A stretch of DNA of 64,000 nucleotides from Malacoraja senta (lineage: Eukaryota). The position numbers and the translations under genes are program-made. The stretch is taken from contig CM075992.1 of the NCBI GenBank assembly GCA_038087875.1, positions 10,914,001 to 10,978,000 of the forward strand, written 5' to 3'. Of the stretch, positions 1-10,863 are shown in pieces. Every line of letters starts with the position of its first letter. The first letter of the stretch is position 1. The notes beneath the pieces are model-generated. The model was not told the DNA's origin, ran no database searches, and saw only the letters and a list, made by a program, of their open reading frames with translations.

Positions 1-24
1 CTCCCCTGAGTTTGACTGCGCTGG

Positions 25-545
25 GTCCTAGTGCTAGGCGCCCAACACCCTTGTAAACTTCAGTGGCTGTTCCACTGGGTCTTCCCCATTCCCCTCAAAC
101 CATGTGACCCCAGCTCTTCCCCACACACACTACAGTCCTCATACCCCCCTACCCCCTGACCACCCACCACCCACCCACCAGACATCGCCTCGGCCTCAGT
201 CCACTCACCTGCCTTCCTCCGGCCCCAATCCCCATCCCTGCCGTGTGTTCACCATCCCCCTGACCTCCCCCCTCAGATACCGAATGGTCTGTCCTCAGCA
301 GAGGCCTCACCTTTGTCTCCCTCCATCCCCACCTCAATGAGTTCCGCGCCCGCCGCAATTTGGAGCTCTTTTTCCGTCGCCTCCGCCTCACACCATTCTT
401 CCATGGGAAGGAGTCCTCACCCCCATTGATGATCCTTTTCCCATCTCCAACGGACCCCCTCCTCTTGGACACCCCCTCATGGCCATCTTCCGACTTTAGA
501 CCATTTTATTTTAAACTGCCGGCTGGACATCAACCGCCTCAACAG
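25..545 (+). mobile_element. Penelope-like element fragment (region upstream of the RT core)
   Basis: Colinear with 41951-42460, which runs on into a Penelope RT; encodes ELFFRRLRLTPFFHG. Confidence 0.75.
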
Positions 546-779
546 TAATTCTGTGTTCGGGGAAGTGCAGAGAGGACAGCCAAGTGTCTGTGTTGCTCAC
601 TTGGCTTGGGTTTGTTTTCCTTGCCACTTCCATCGGCCGATAATTAGTAACGTTTTGTATTGGTCTACCAAACTGCTTTGTGAGTTGTCTGTTTATTAAG
701 AAGTGAACCTGTTTGTTTAGTTATATGTTAGCCTTTTTCAAGCAGATTTGATTCAGATTTGAATCAGGTTTTGCAATAT

Positions 780-1795
780 ATTTGTCAATAAGGAACAATT
801 CTTTAAGAAATAGTCCCCAACAGGAGGCACATGCAAAAGCCACAGAAGCTATTTTGGGAAGTTACAGCGCTATCACTGATGCCCTCAGTCATTTGTACTC
901 TGATGTTAATGTGAAGGGTGATACCAGGCATCAAGCTAACAATCTTTTGCAGAAAATGGAAGAACTGGAATTTGAGTTTTTTGGACCCGTCTGCTAGGTC
1001 ATTTGCACAAGGTCAACAAAGCCATTCAGAAATCCAAACTGTTATTGAATACTTATGCAAGTTTGTACAGTTCACTTCAGGATTTTGTAAGCAAAATTAG
1101 TGAAGATTTTGATGAGCTTGAGCAACAAGCAAAGGCCACCTTGCCAATGTTAACTACAGAACTGTCACAGGGAGACAAAGAGTAAGGAAATGGCAAGGAA
1201 ATGATGGAAGTGCACCTGGTCCTGATGCTTTAGATAAACTCTCTTCAAGAGATAAGTTTAGGATAAAATCCTTTATTCCGATACGAGATGCACATGAAAC
1301 CAATTTAAAAAGAAGAGGTACTGTGTACAGTGAAGTTGCACAACAGTTTCCCTTTCTTGCTAATCTGACCGCATCTAAGCAAGAAATTCAGCAAGGTGTT
1401 GAACTGTTGATGAAGCATACCCAGAAGTTGTTGACTTGAAACTTACTGATGAACTATTGCACTTTCACTCGTATGAGAGACAAAGCCATAGGCATACAGA
1501 AGAGCACTCTCTGTCTCATACAGACCGTTATCAAATAATATAGAAGGAAACAATTCAGATGGCCTTCCCAAATGTGGAAGCAATCTTGCGGCTGTTTCTT
1601 AGCTTAATAGTCACCAACTGCTCAGGAGAGAGGTCTTTTTCAAGACTCAAAGAATTAAAAATGAATGAAGGTCCACAATGTCTCCAGAGAGGTTGTCTGC
1701 ACTGATCATTCTGTGCATTGAGAGTGACAAACTTAGACAAACAGATCTTGGTGAACTTTTGGATGATTTTGCCATGAAGAAGGCGAGAGAAAAAC
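780..1795 (+). pseudogene. hAT transposase C-terminal remnant, frameshifted
   Basis: Broken frames read ...RHQANNLLQKMEELEF..., HKVNKAIQK..., and near 1560-1650 AFPNVEAILRLFLSLIVTNCSGERSFSRLK, the hAT C-terminal dimerisation motif. Confidence 0.85.
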
Positions 1796-2349
1796 ATTTT
1801 TGCTCTTAGTGTATTTGTAGTTTCTTTATTTCTTAATATTCAAGATTCAATTCAAGAGTCACTTATTGTCACATGCAACAATTGGTGTAATGAAATTTGG
1901 GGGTCACCATCCGACATCTGAATGGGAGATCATTCTCAGCGGCTTGGACTTCCGAATCGGCCACTTCCTACCTGAGACTGCGGCTCCCGAAGTCCACAGG
2001 CTGAGCTGGGCGGAGATTCATGCTGGCGGCCCTCGGCAAAGGGATGTTGAAATCAGCGTGGCCCGAGGCTGGGAGCTCCGCAAACCACAGCTCCATGATG
2101 TTGAAGCAGTAGGCCCAACACTCCAGAACTTCAAACGGCGATCCAGGTAAGGCATCGCCGGCTCCGCGGTGAATCCAATATGTATTTAAAAACCAACTGT
2201 TTAATGACAACATACAGTAGGATCTAAAAGTGCCACACTGTCACTGTCGGGTAGTCATGGTCCTTTAGTCACGGGGGTGGGGGATTGGTGGGGGGGGGGC
2301 CTCACAAGTGAAATAGCTTTGGGCCTCTCTTCATCTAAATCCGGCACTG

Positions 2350-3812
2350 GATTCAGAATCAGTTCCTGTGGATTGGAGGATAGCTAATGTTATCCCACTT
2401 TTCAAGAAAGGAGCGAGAGAGAAAATGGGGAATTACAGAATATTAGCCTGACCGGTGGTGGGAAAGATGCTGGAGTCAATTATTAAAGAGGTAATAATGG
2501 GGCATTTCGATAGCAGTATAAGGATTAGTCCAATTCAGCATGGATTTACGAAAGGAAAATCATGCTTGACTAATCTTCTGGAATTTTTGGAGGATGTGAC
2601 AAGTAAAATGGATGAAGGGGAGCCAGTGGATGTAGTTTATCTAGACTTTCAGAAAGCCTTTGATAAGGTCCCGCACGGGAGACTGGTGACTAACATTAGA
2701 GGGCATTGTATTGGGGGTAGGGTGTTGACGTGGATAGAAAATTGGTTTGCAGACAGGAAGCAAAGAGTAGGAGTGAACAGGTCATTTTCATAATGGCAGG
2801 CAGTGGCGAGTGGAGTGTCGCAAGGCCAGGTGTTGGGGCCGCAACTGTTTACCATATATATTAATGATTTGGAAGAGGGAATTAGGAACAACACTAGCAA
2901 GTTTGCGGATGACAAAAAGCTGGGTGGCAGTGTGAACTGTGAAGAGGATGTTAGGAGGTTGCAAGGTGACCTGGACAGGTTGAGTGAGTGGGCAGATGCG
3001 TGGCGGATGCAGTATAATATATATAAATGTGAGGTTATCCATTTTGGTGGCAAAAACAAGGGGGCAGATTATTATCTCAATGGGGTTAGGTTAGGTAAGG
3101 GCGAGGTACAGCGAGACCTGGGTATCCTTGTACACCGGTCATTGAAAGTTGGCGTGCAGGTACAGCAGGCAGTGAAGAAAGCTAATGGAATGTTGGCCTT
3201 CATTACAAGAGGATTTCAGTATAGGAGTAGAGAGGTTCTTCTGCAGTTGTATAGGGCTCTGTTAAGACCACATTTGGAGCATTGTGTACAGTTTTGGTCA
3301 CCTAATTTGAGGAAGTACATCCTTGTGATTGAGGCAGTGCAGCATAGTTTCACGAGATTGATCCCTGAGATGACGGGACTGTCATATGAGGAAAGATTGA
3401 AAAGACTAGGTTTGTATTCACTGGAGTTTAGAAGGATGAGGGGGAATCTTATAGAAACATAAAATTATAAAAGGACTGGACAAGCTAGATGCAGGAAAAA
3501 TGTTCCCAATGTTGGGCTAGTCCAGAACCAGGGGCCACAGTCTTAGAATAAAGGGATGGCCATTTAAGACTGAGGTGAGAAAAAACTTTTTCGCCCAGAG
3601 AGTTGTGAATTTGAGGAATTCCCTGCCACAGAGGGCAGTGGAGGCCAAATCACTGGATGGATTTAAGAGAGAGTTCTGGGGGCTAGTGCAATCAAGGGAT
3701 ATGGGGAGAAGGCAGGCACGAGTTATTGATTGGGGCGATCAGCCATGATCGCAATGAATGGCGGTGTTGGCTCGAAGGGCCGAATGGCCTCATCCTGCAC
3801 CTATGTTTCTAA
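2350..3812 (+). mobile_element. CR1-clade LINE, 3' part (RT and 3' UTR), frameshifted
   Basis: QHGFTKGKSCLTNL, YLDFQKAFDKVPH, SKFADD, RPHLEHCVQFWSP, LGLYSLEFRRMRG. Confidence 0.95.
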
Positions 3813-4983
3813 AATCCTAATAGATTTTAGAAGCGCATTAAGGGGAAAATGGTAACTAGAGTGAAGGGACATGAGATTGGCAAGGTCCACAATGAATAAT
3901 TCTCCTCTGGTTTTAGTGTGGAGAAAGACAAGAAGATTGAGGAACATGTGGCTGTCAATGGAAATGTCTTGACAGTAGCCAGTATTATGTGGTGCTGAAG
4001 GTTCTGACGTGTATAAAGGTGTAAAAAATCTTCCGGGCCGGATGAGATATATCCAGGGACACTGTGGGAAGCTAGACAGGAAATTGCAGTGGCCCTGGCT
4101 GAAATTTACAAGTCATTATTAAATACAGCAGAGAAGTTAAAAGACTGAACAGAGGTAAATGGTGTGCTTTTATTCAAGTAGAGCTGCAAGGAAAAGGCTG
4201 GGAACTATAGCTTAACATCTGTAGTTGGAAAGTTACTACAGAATATTCTGAGGGATAGGATATATAGCATCAAAATCTTATCGATTAGCCAGCTGGGCTG
4301 AGGATTGGTTGATGGAATTTAATACAGAGAAATGTGAGGTTTTGCATTTTGGGAAGTCTAACCTGGGTAGGACCTACATAGTGAATAGTAAGACTCGGGG
4401 GAGTGTAGAATAGAATAGAATAGAATAGAAACTTTATTTGCCACACGACCAGGGTTGGTGGTAATTGGGTTCGGTACATGATGGTACACTGCTTTAGCAC
4501 ATTAACACTAATAACAACACAGATCATAGTAGGAGTGCTGGTGCATCGTTCCATGAAGGTGGAGTTGCAGGTAGATAAGGTGGTCAAAAAAGCTTTGGCA
4601 CATTGGCATTCATCGGTCGGAGTATTGAGTATAAAATTTGGGAGGTCATGTTGCAGTTATATAAGACAATGATGAAGCCGCATTTCGAGTAGTGTTCAAT
4701 TCTGGGCACCATGTTATAGGAAAGATGTTGTCAAGCTGGAAAGGGTACAGAGAAGATTTACAACGATGTTGCTGGGACTAGAGGTTCTGAGCTATAGGGA
4801 GTGGTTGAGTAGGCTGGGACTCTATTCCATGGAGCGCAGGAGGATGAGGGGTGATCTTATAGAGGTGTACAAATTCATGAGAGAAATCGATTGGTTAGAT
4901 GCACAGAGTCTCTTGCCCAGAGTAGGTGAATTGATGACCAGAGGAGATATTTTTAAGGTGAAGGGGAAAAGATGTAATAGGAA

Positions 4984-6357
4984 CTAGACCAAGGGGGTCC
5001 CGTCCCCTCAACGCGCGGTTGCGGGGGGGGCTAAGGCATCACACACACACTAACCACTCCCCACACACACGGGGGGGAGGGGGGGAGAGGGGGAGGGAGG
5101 GGGGAAAGGGAGGGGGAGAGAGAGGGGGAGAGGAGAGGGAGATGGGGAGGGGGTGGGCAGGGGTGGTGGGAGCAGAGGGGAGGGGGTGAGAGAGGAGGGT
5201 TGAAGGGGGAGAGAGAGGAGTGGAAGGGGGAGAGAGAGGGGGAGAGTGAGAAGAGGGAGAGAGGGGAGGGAAAGGAGAGAGGGGGGTGGGGGAGAGTAGG
5301 GGGAAAGGGAGGGGGAGGGGGATGTGGAGGGAAGAGGGGGAGGTGGGGCGCAGTGTCTTCCTCAACGCGGAGGTGGTGGGCAGCTGGCGAGTCCGTAAGC
5401 CGGCTCAGGCGTCCCATGCCACAGCCATGAAAAAAAAGTGCGAGTGGTACTGAGACGGGAGGCGACAAAATGACTGAGAGTCGGGGGGGGGTTAACATAA
5501 CTCGTCATCGGCTTCGATCCAGAGCCCGGGGTGGGGGGGGGGAGGGCGTAACTCGCGGCTCATGGCTGAGCGTTGAATACTCTGTGCAGCTGGCCGAGAG
5601 GAGCAAAGGCATTGTGACGTCATCAGCTCGCTTCAGCAGTTAGATCTTAAAAAGATGTCAGATTGGTTAACAAATTTTGTAAAGAAAACTCGGTAAATAA
5701 TTAATCAAATTTTCAGATGAGGGGATTTTTGAAATCATGAGGTAAATCTCTACCGGAATACGTAAAAATTTCACCATTACCGCATCGGGTTTTCGAGGTC
5801 AGCAGTTAGATTTTAAAAATATGTCAGATTTGAGAACAATTTTAATAAAAAACTCGGTAAATAATTAATCAAATTTTCAGATGAGGGGATCTTTTAAATC
5901 ATGAGGTAAATCTCTACCGGAATATGTAAAAATGTCACCATTGGGTTGGGTATTCGAGGAGATATGAATCACATATGAAAAAACACACACACATCCAAGA
6001 TCAGAGTTTAATAAAGCCCCTGTCCCACTTAGGAAACCTGAACGGAAACCTCTGGTGACTTTGCCCGTGACCCAAGGTTTCCATGAGGTCGCTGGAGGTT
6101 TTGGTCACTCACCCTAATGGTCGAAAGTGGTTTTTGCATGATCGAGGCTTCATTGAGGTCGCTGCTTTTTTTTCCAACATGTTTAAAACCGGTCTCGACT
6201 AAAAATAGGTTGCAGTTTGGTCGAAGCCAGTGGAGTGGGGTCGCTATTTACTTACAGGCAGTTGAAGACCATCTCCTTCGTTGACCGGCCAAGAGTTTCA
6301 CGATCTACAAGACCCACCGGTAAATGCCCGCTAAACCTTATTAAACTGCTTATAAGT

Positions 6358-6392
<35 letters not shown>

Positions 6393-6466
6393 TGCGTGTG
6401 TGCATTCTGATTCTGATAGTGCGCAGACAGGAAGTGGTCAAGATGAGACTTTTAATTATATATAGA
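4984..6466 (-). mobile_element. Non-autonomous Helitron
   Basis: Minus strand starts TC(TATATA...) at 6466 and ends CTAG at 4984. Inserted between A4983 and T6467 with no TSD, interrupting a CR1. Same ends as the elements at 28802-31074. Confidence 0.75.
6015..6350. mobile_element. PIF/Harbinger MITE left portion inside the Helitron
   Basis: taa|agcccctgtcccactt terminus, like the complete MITE at 34807; no partner TIR seen. Confidence 0.55.
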
Positions 6467-6710
6467 TATAATATGAAGGGTAATTTTTTTCACACAAAGG
6501 ATGTGGGGTGAATGGAACAAGCTACCAGAGGAGCCAGGGGCCATCGCAATGTTTAAGAAACTGTTAGCCAAATATCGGGATAGGTCAGGTTTGTAGGGAT
6601 ATGCACTAAACGTTGACAGGTCGGACTAGTGTAGTTGGAACATGTTGGCCAGTGTGGGCAAGATGGGCCGAAGGGCCTGTTTCCACCCTGTATCATTCTA
6701 TGACTCTATA

Positions 6711-7742
6711 TACATGCATTTGGAAAGATAAGGGCTGATTAGCGTTAGTCAGCATGGTTTTGTACATGGGAGGTCGTGTCTCACGAGTTTTTTGACGATG
6801 TGACCAAAAAGGTTGATGAGGGCAGAACTGTAGATGTTGTGTATATGGACTTCAGCAAAGCATTTGACAAGGGTCCACATGGTCAGCTGATCTGGAAGGA
6901 TAAATTGCATGGGATTCAAGGAGAGATAGCTGAATCGATAGAAAATTGGATCATGGAAGGAAGCAGGGGTAATGGTGCAAGGTTACTTCTTGGACTGGAG
7001 GCCTGTGAGTAGTGGTGCGCCGCAGGGTTTGGTGATGAGCCCGTTACAGTTTGTCATCTATATCATTGATTTGGACGAGCACGGACATGGCAAGATTAGC
7101 AAATTTGCAGATGACACAAGTGGGTGGTTTTGCAGATAGTGAAGATGGATGTCAAAAATTACAGCAGGATCTTGATCGGTTGGCCAGGTGGCCTGATAAA
7201 AGGTTCATGGAATTTAATATAGAGATGTTGCATTTTGGAAGTCAAACATGGGCAGGCCCTACACAGTGGCTCTGGGAAGTGTTGAAGAGCAGAGGAATCT
7301 TGGAGTGCAGGTACATAGTTCCATGTGGCATGCTCAACCCGATGAAGACATCACAGGTAGATAGGGTGGTCAAAAAAGCTTTTCGCACATTGGCCTTCAT
7401 CAGTCAGTATTGAGAAGAGAAGTTAGAAGGTCATGTTGCAGTTATATAATATGTTGGTGAAGCCATGTTAGAGTTTTGTGTACAGATTTGCGCACTACAT
7501 TACAAGAAAGATGTTGTCAAGTTGCAAAGGATACAGAAATTTATGAGAATGTTGCCAGAACTCTAGGGTCAGAGCTGTCAGGAGTGGTTGAGTTGACTGG
7601 GAATATATTCCTTGGAGCGTAGGAGGATGAGCGGTGATCTTATAGAGGTATAAAATCATGAGAGGAATAGATCGTGTAGATGCACAGTGTCTTGCTCAGA
7701 GTAGGGAATCAAGAACTAGAGAGCATCGGTTTAAAGTGAAGA
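6711..7742 (+). mobile_element. Degraded CR1 LINE RT fragment
   Basis: VDVVYMDFSKAFDK, LQQDLDRL; many frameshifts. Confidence 0.85.
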
Positions 7743-7744
7743 TA

Positions 7745-8200
7745 TGACACAATACAATAAAACTTTATTTATCCCAGGAGGGAAATTTATCTGCCAAAAG
7801 TCATAAAACACAAAATACATGAAACATGAATTAAAGTGACGAGTGGAAAGGATTGGGGTGTGAGTTGTACAGAAGGGGAAGGAGTTGTACAGTTAGATAG
7901 TCACCTGGAAGAAGGATCTCCTGTGGCGTGCTGTCCTGCATCTTGGTGGAACCAGTCTGCTGCTGAAGTTAATCCTCTGGTTGCCCAGTGTCATGGAGGG
8001 GGTGAGCTGTACTGTCCAGGATGCTCCGCAGTTTGAGGAGTATCTTCCCCTCCGAGACCAACTCCCATGAATCCAACTCTGCCCCCAGGACGTAGCCAAC
8101 CTTCCTGATGAGTTTGCTCATCCGAATAGTGTCCGCGGCCTTCACCCTGCTGCTCAGTACATGACAGCGAAGAAGATGGTGCTGGCTACCATCTGCAGAT
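7745..8200 (-). mobile_element. Rex1/Babar-like LINE 3' end
   Basis: Minus frame ...KLIRKVGYVLG...ILDSTAHPLH; AATAAA plus short-repeat tail at ~7745-7770. Confidence 0.55.
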
Positions 8201-8351
8201 GTTCTACCATTGAAGGACCATGTGGAGGTTGCAATCTCCCACCCCAGCCCTACGCTCACTCTGCAGCAACCCCGACACAATAATCAAACCCACCGACAAG
8301 GGAGGTGCCATGGTAGTCTGGCACGCTGACGCTAAGGCCAGGCAACAATTC

Positions 8352-9047
8352 TCAGACATCCTGTGAATTCTCTGCCACAGAAGGCCTCCACTGCCTTCTG
8401 TGGCAGAGAATTCCTCAGATCCACAACTCTCAGGGTGAAAATGTTTTCCCTCATCTCAGTCCTACCACTTATTCTTAAACTGTGACCCCTGGTTCTGGAC
8501 TCCCCCAACTTTGGGAACAATTTTCCTGCATCAACCCTGTCCATTCCTCCAATAATTTTATTCTTTTCAATATGATCCCATCTCATCTTTCTAAATTCCA
8601 ACAAATACAAGCCCAGTCGACCCATTCTTTCATCATATGTCAGTCCCGCCATCCCGGGAATTAACCTGGTGAACCTACGCTGCACCCCCTCAATAGCAAT
8701 AATGTCCTTCCTCAAAATGGAAGACCCAAATTGCACACAATGCTCCAGGTGTGGTCTCACCAGGGCCCTGTACAACTGCAGTCGGACCTCCTTGCTCCTA
8801 AACTCAAATCCTCTTGCAATGAAGGCTAACATGCCATTAGCTTTCTTCACTGCCTGCTGTACCTACCTGCATGCTTACTTTCAGTGACTGATATACAAGC
8901 ACACCCAGGGCTCGTTGCACCTCCCTTTCTTCGAATCTGACACCATTCAGATAATAATCTGCCTTCCTGTTCTTGTCACCAAAGTGGATAACCTCACATG
9001 TATCCACATTATACTGCATCTGCCATGCTTCTGCCTTCTCACCCAAA
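8352..9047 (-). mobile_element. CR1 LINE fragment
   Basis: ORF 8332-8850: KKANGMLAFIARG...RPHLEHCVQF...QRRFTRLIPG. Confidence 0.9.
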
Positions 9048-9059
9048 CAGGGGACCCAG

Positions 9060-9480
9060 CTAAGCTGGTACTGGGGGCAGGACATATGACAGAGGTAATG
9101 GTACTAAATAGGACCTTGGAGTTATGGGAAATAAGGTCGGAAAAGTATTGTGTTCTCGCAGACGTTACTGCTTCCTGGTATTTGAGAAGATTGTTTCTCA
9201 GAATTTCAAAGGAAATTTGAAGCTTATCAGATTTATACTTCCGTTCTGATTTTCTGCACTCTCTTCTTAGGGCTCTGGTGCTGTCATTGAGCCAGGGCCA
9301 GCCTTTTGCTTAGGCTTTTTCATTTTAAGAGGAACAACAGAATCCAGGATGGAAGAGCAAGTGGTATTGAATAAAGAAATGAGGTCGTCAGTGCTGAGAT
9401 GGAGGGGAGACGCCTCGATGGTGCAGATGTCGGGAGCAGCTATGAAAGCCTCAGAGAAGTTACTGGCAGTCGAAGAGTTT
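9060..9480 (-). mobile_element. L2-like LINE internal fragment (EN-RT linker)
   Basis: Minus frame reads KAKSQPWLNDSTRALRRECRKSERKYK...ARTQYFSDLI, typical of the L2/CR1-group ORF2 linker. Confidence 0.5.
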
Positions 9481-9727
9481 GATTACATATTCTACCTTGC
9501 AGCAAAACTTGAATAACATTTCAGCAGCACCAAGGTTTTAGGTTTTCCAGCTATAAATAAACCCTATTGGAAAACTTGAACTTAAGTCAAGTAGCAGGAA
9601 ACTAAAACAACTAAATCTATACTTATTTTGCATACCCTTAATTTTCCTTTGAATTTAAGCAGTGTGTGCAATGGGCATCAATGATCCCATCAGTTCCCAT
9701 AAGATTACTTAGTTCAATATTACCACC

Positions 9728-10455
9728 AGGGGCGCTGTACGATTGGCAGCCCTGCCAACAGCCTGTTTTTTTCTTTTTTTATTATTTAAGTGTGTTTAAA
9801 AAGTTTGTATAAAAAATGTTCTCCTGTTTGTTTTATATGTGGGAAGGGGGAGGGTCTCTTACCCTGCCGGAGATGCGAGTTTTCCGGATCTCATCTCCGG
9901 TTGTTCTGCGGCCTAACATCGTGGAGTTGGAGGCCTGCTCGGACTGACTTTGAGCCACACCGCGGGGCATGGCCTTATCATCAGAGCTGTTCCCTTGCCT
10001 GGGACTTTACATCGAGAGCTCGCGGTCTCGGGAGAGGCTGAGACAGGAGCTCCAACGATGCAGAGATTCGACGCCCCAACCTGGAGTCCGATTGCCCGCA
10101 TGGAGGAGCACACATCCCCCCGATGGGGGAGCTGATCGCCCCAACGCGGAGGGCCCAAACGCCACCGGCTACGGGAGTCAAGATCATCCTGTCAACGGAA
10201 GGCTCGAGGCCCCCGACCGCAAGGGAACAAAGAAGAGAAGAGATTGAACTTTTTTTTTCACCTTCCATCACAGTGAGGAATGTGGAGGAGTCACTGTGGT
10301 GGATGTTTATATTAAAATGTATTTTGTGTGTTTTGTTGCTTTTTATTTGTATGACTGATAAGTTGGCTTATCAGTCATACAAATAAAGTTGGCTAATAAA
10401 GTATTATTGTAATTTATTATTTGTAATAAAGTATTATTGTATTGTATTGTATTAC
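9728..10455 (+). repeat. Non-coding interspersed repeat (non-autonomous retroelement-like)
   Basis: Starts ggcgct..ggcagccctgccaacagc; ends ggctaataaag plus (attgt)n. Similar architecture at 15377-16620 and 41147-46845; duplicated at ~19858-20585. Confidence 0.5.
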
Positions 10456-10822
10456 CCATGGTGTGTTTTCACTCCTGTGACTCATGATCCTCACTCCCAC
10501 TTCCCTCGTGATTCTGTAATTCCTGAATTTGATATAAACATGTCTGGATAAAGTTAAACAAGACTCTAATAGTAGCGCATGTCATTGTTTATTGTACTTA
10601 CGAATATACCAACTGCTATTCCTTTGAACACTCAATTCTCGTTTAACTTTAATGTTATTACTCACATTTACAGCTCTTTAACTGCAGATAATCTCAAAGA
10701 AGTCATTCCAATAATCACCTGGAGTTGTATGTACAGGTGATCATTACTTTCCACTCTCTTGCACTTTGCGAATGTACATTCATCCTTTTCAATACAAGAA
10801 TCAAACCCATTACCCCTCCCCA

Positions 10823-10831
<9 letters not shown>

Positions 10832-10863
<32 letters not shown>

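Larger units (their letters stand above)
1..2349 (+). mobile_element. Right part of a composite hAT DNA transposon (Penelope fragment + transposase remnant + right TIR); left end lies outside the window
   Basis: Ends in ...tcatctaaatccggcactg (2349), the reverse complement of a CAGtGCCGGATTTA terminus. About 1986-2349 is homologous to the right end of the TSD-flanked hAT at 43902-44281. Confidence 0.8.
3830..6710 (+). mobile_element. Degraded CR1 LINE, split by a short LINE tail (~4408-4530) and a Helitron (4984-6466)
   Basis: LGLYSMERRRMRGDLIEVYK at 4766-4987; CR1 3' sequence resumes at ~6467. Confidence 0.75.

Noticed and set aside
5031..5498. Pro/Ser- or Gly/Arg/Glu-rich ORFs here and at 17940-18691 and 28796-30805
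   Set aside because: Translations of low-complexity GA- or GC-rich tracts with no domain signal.
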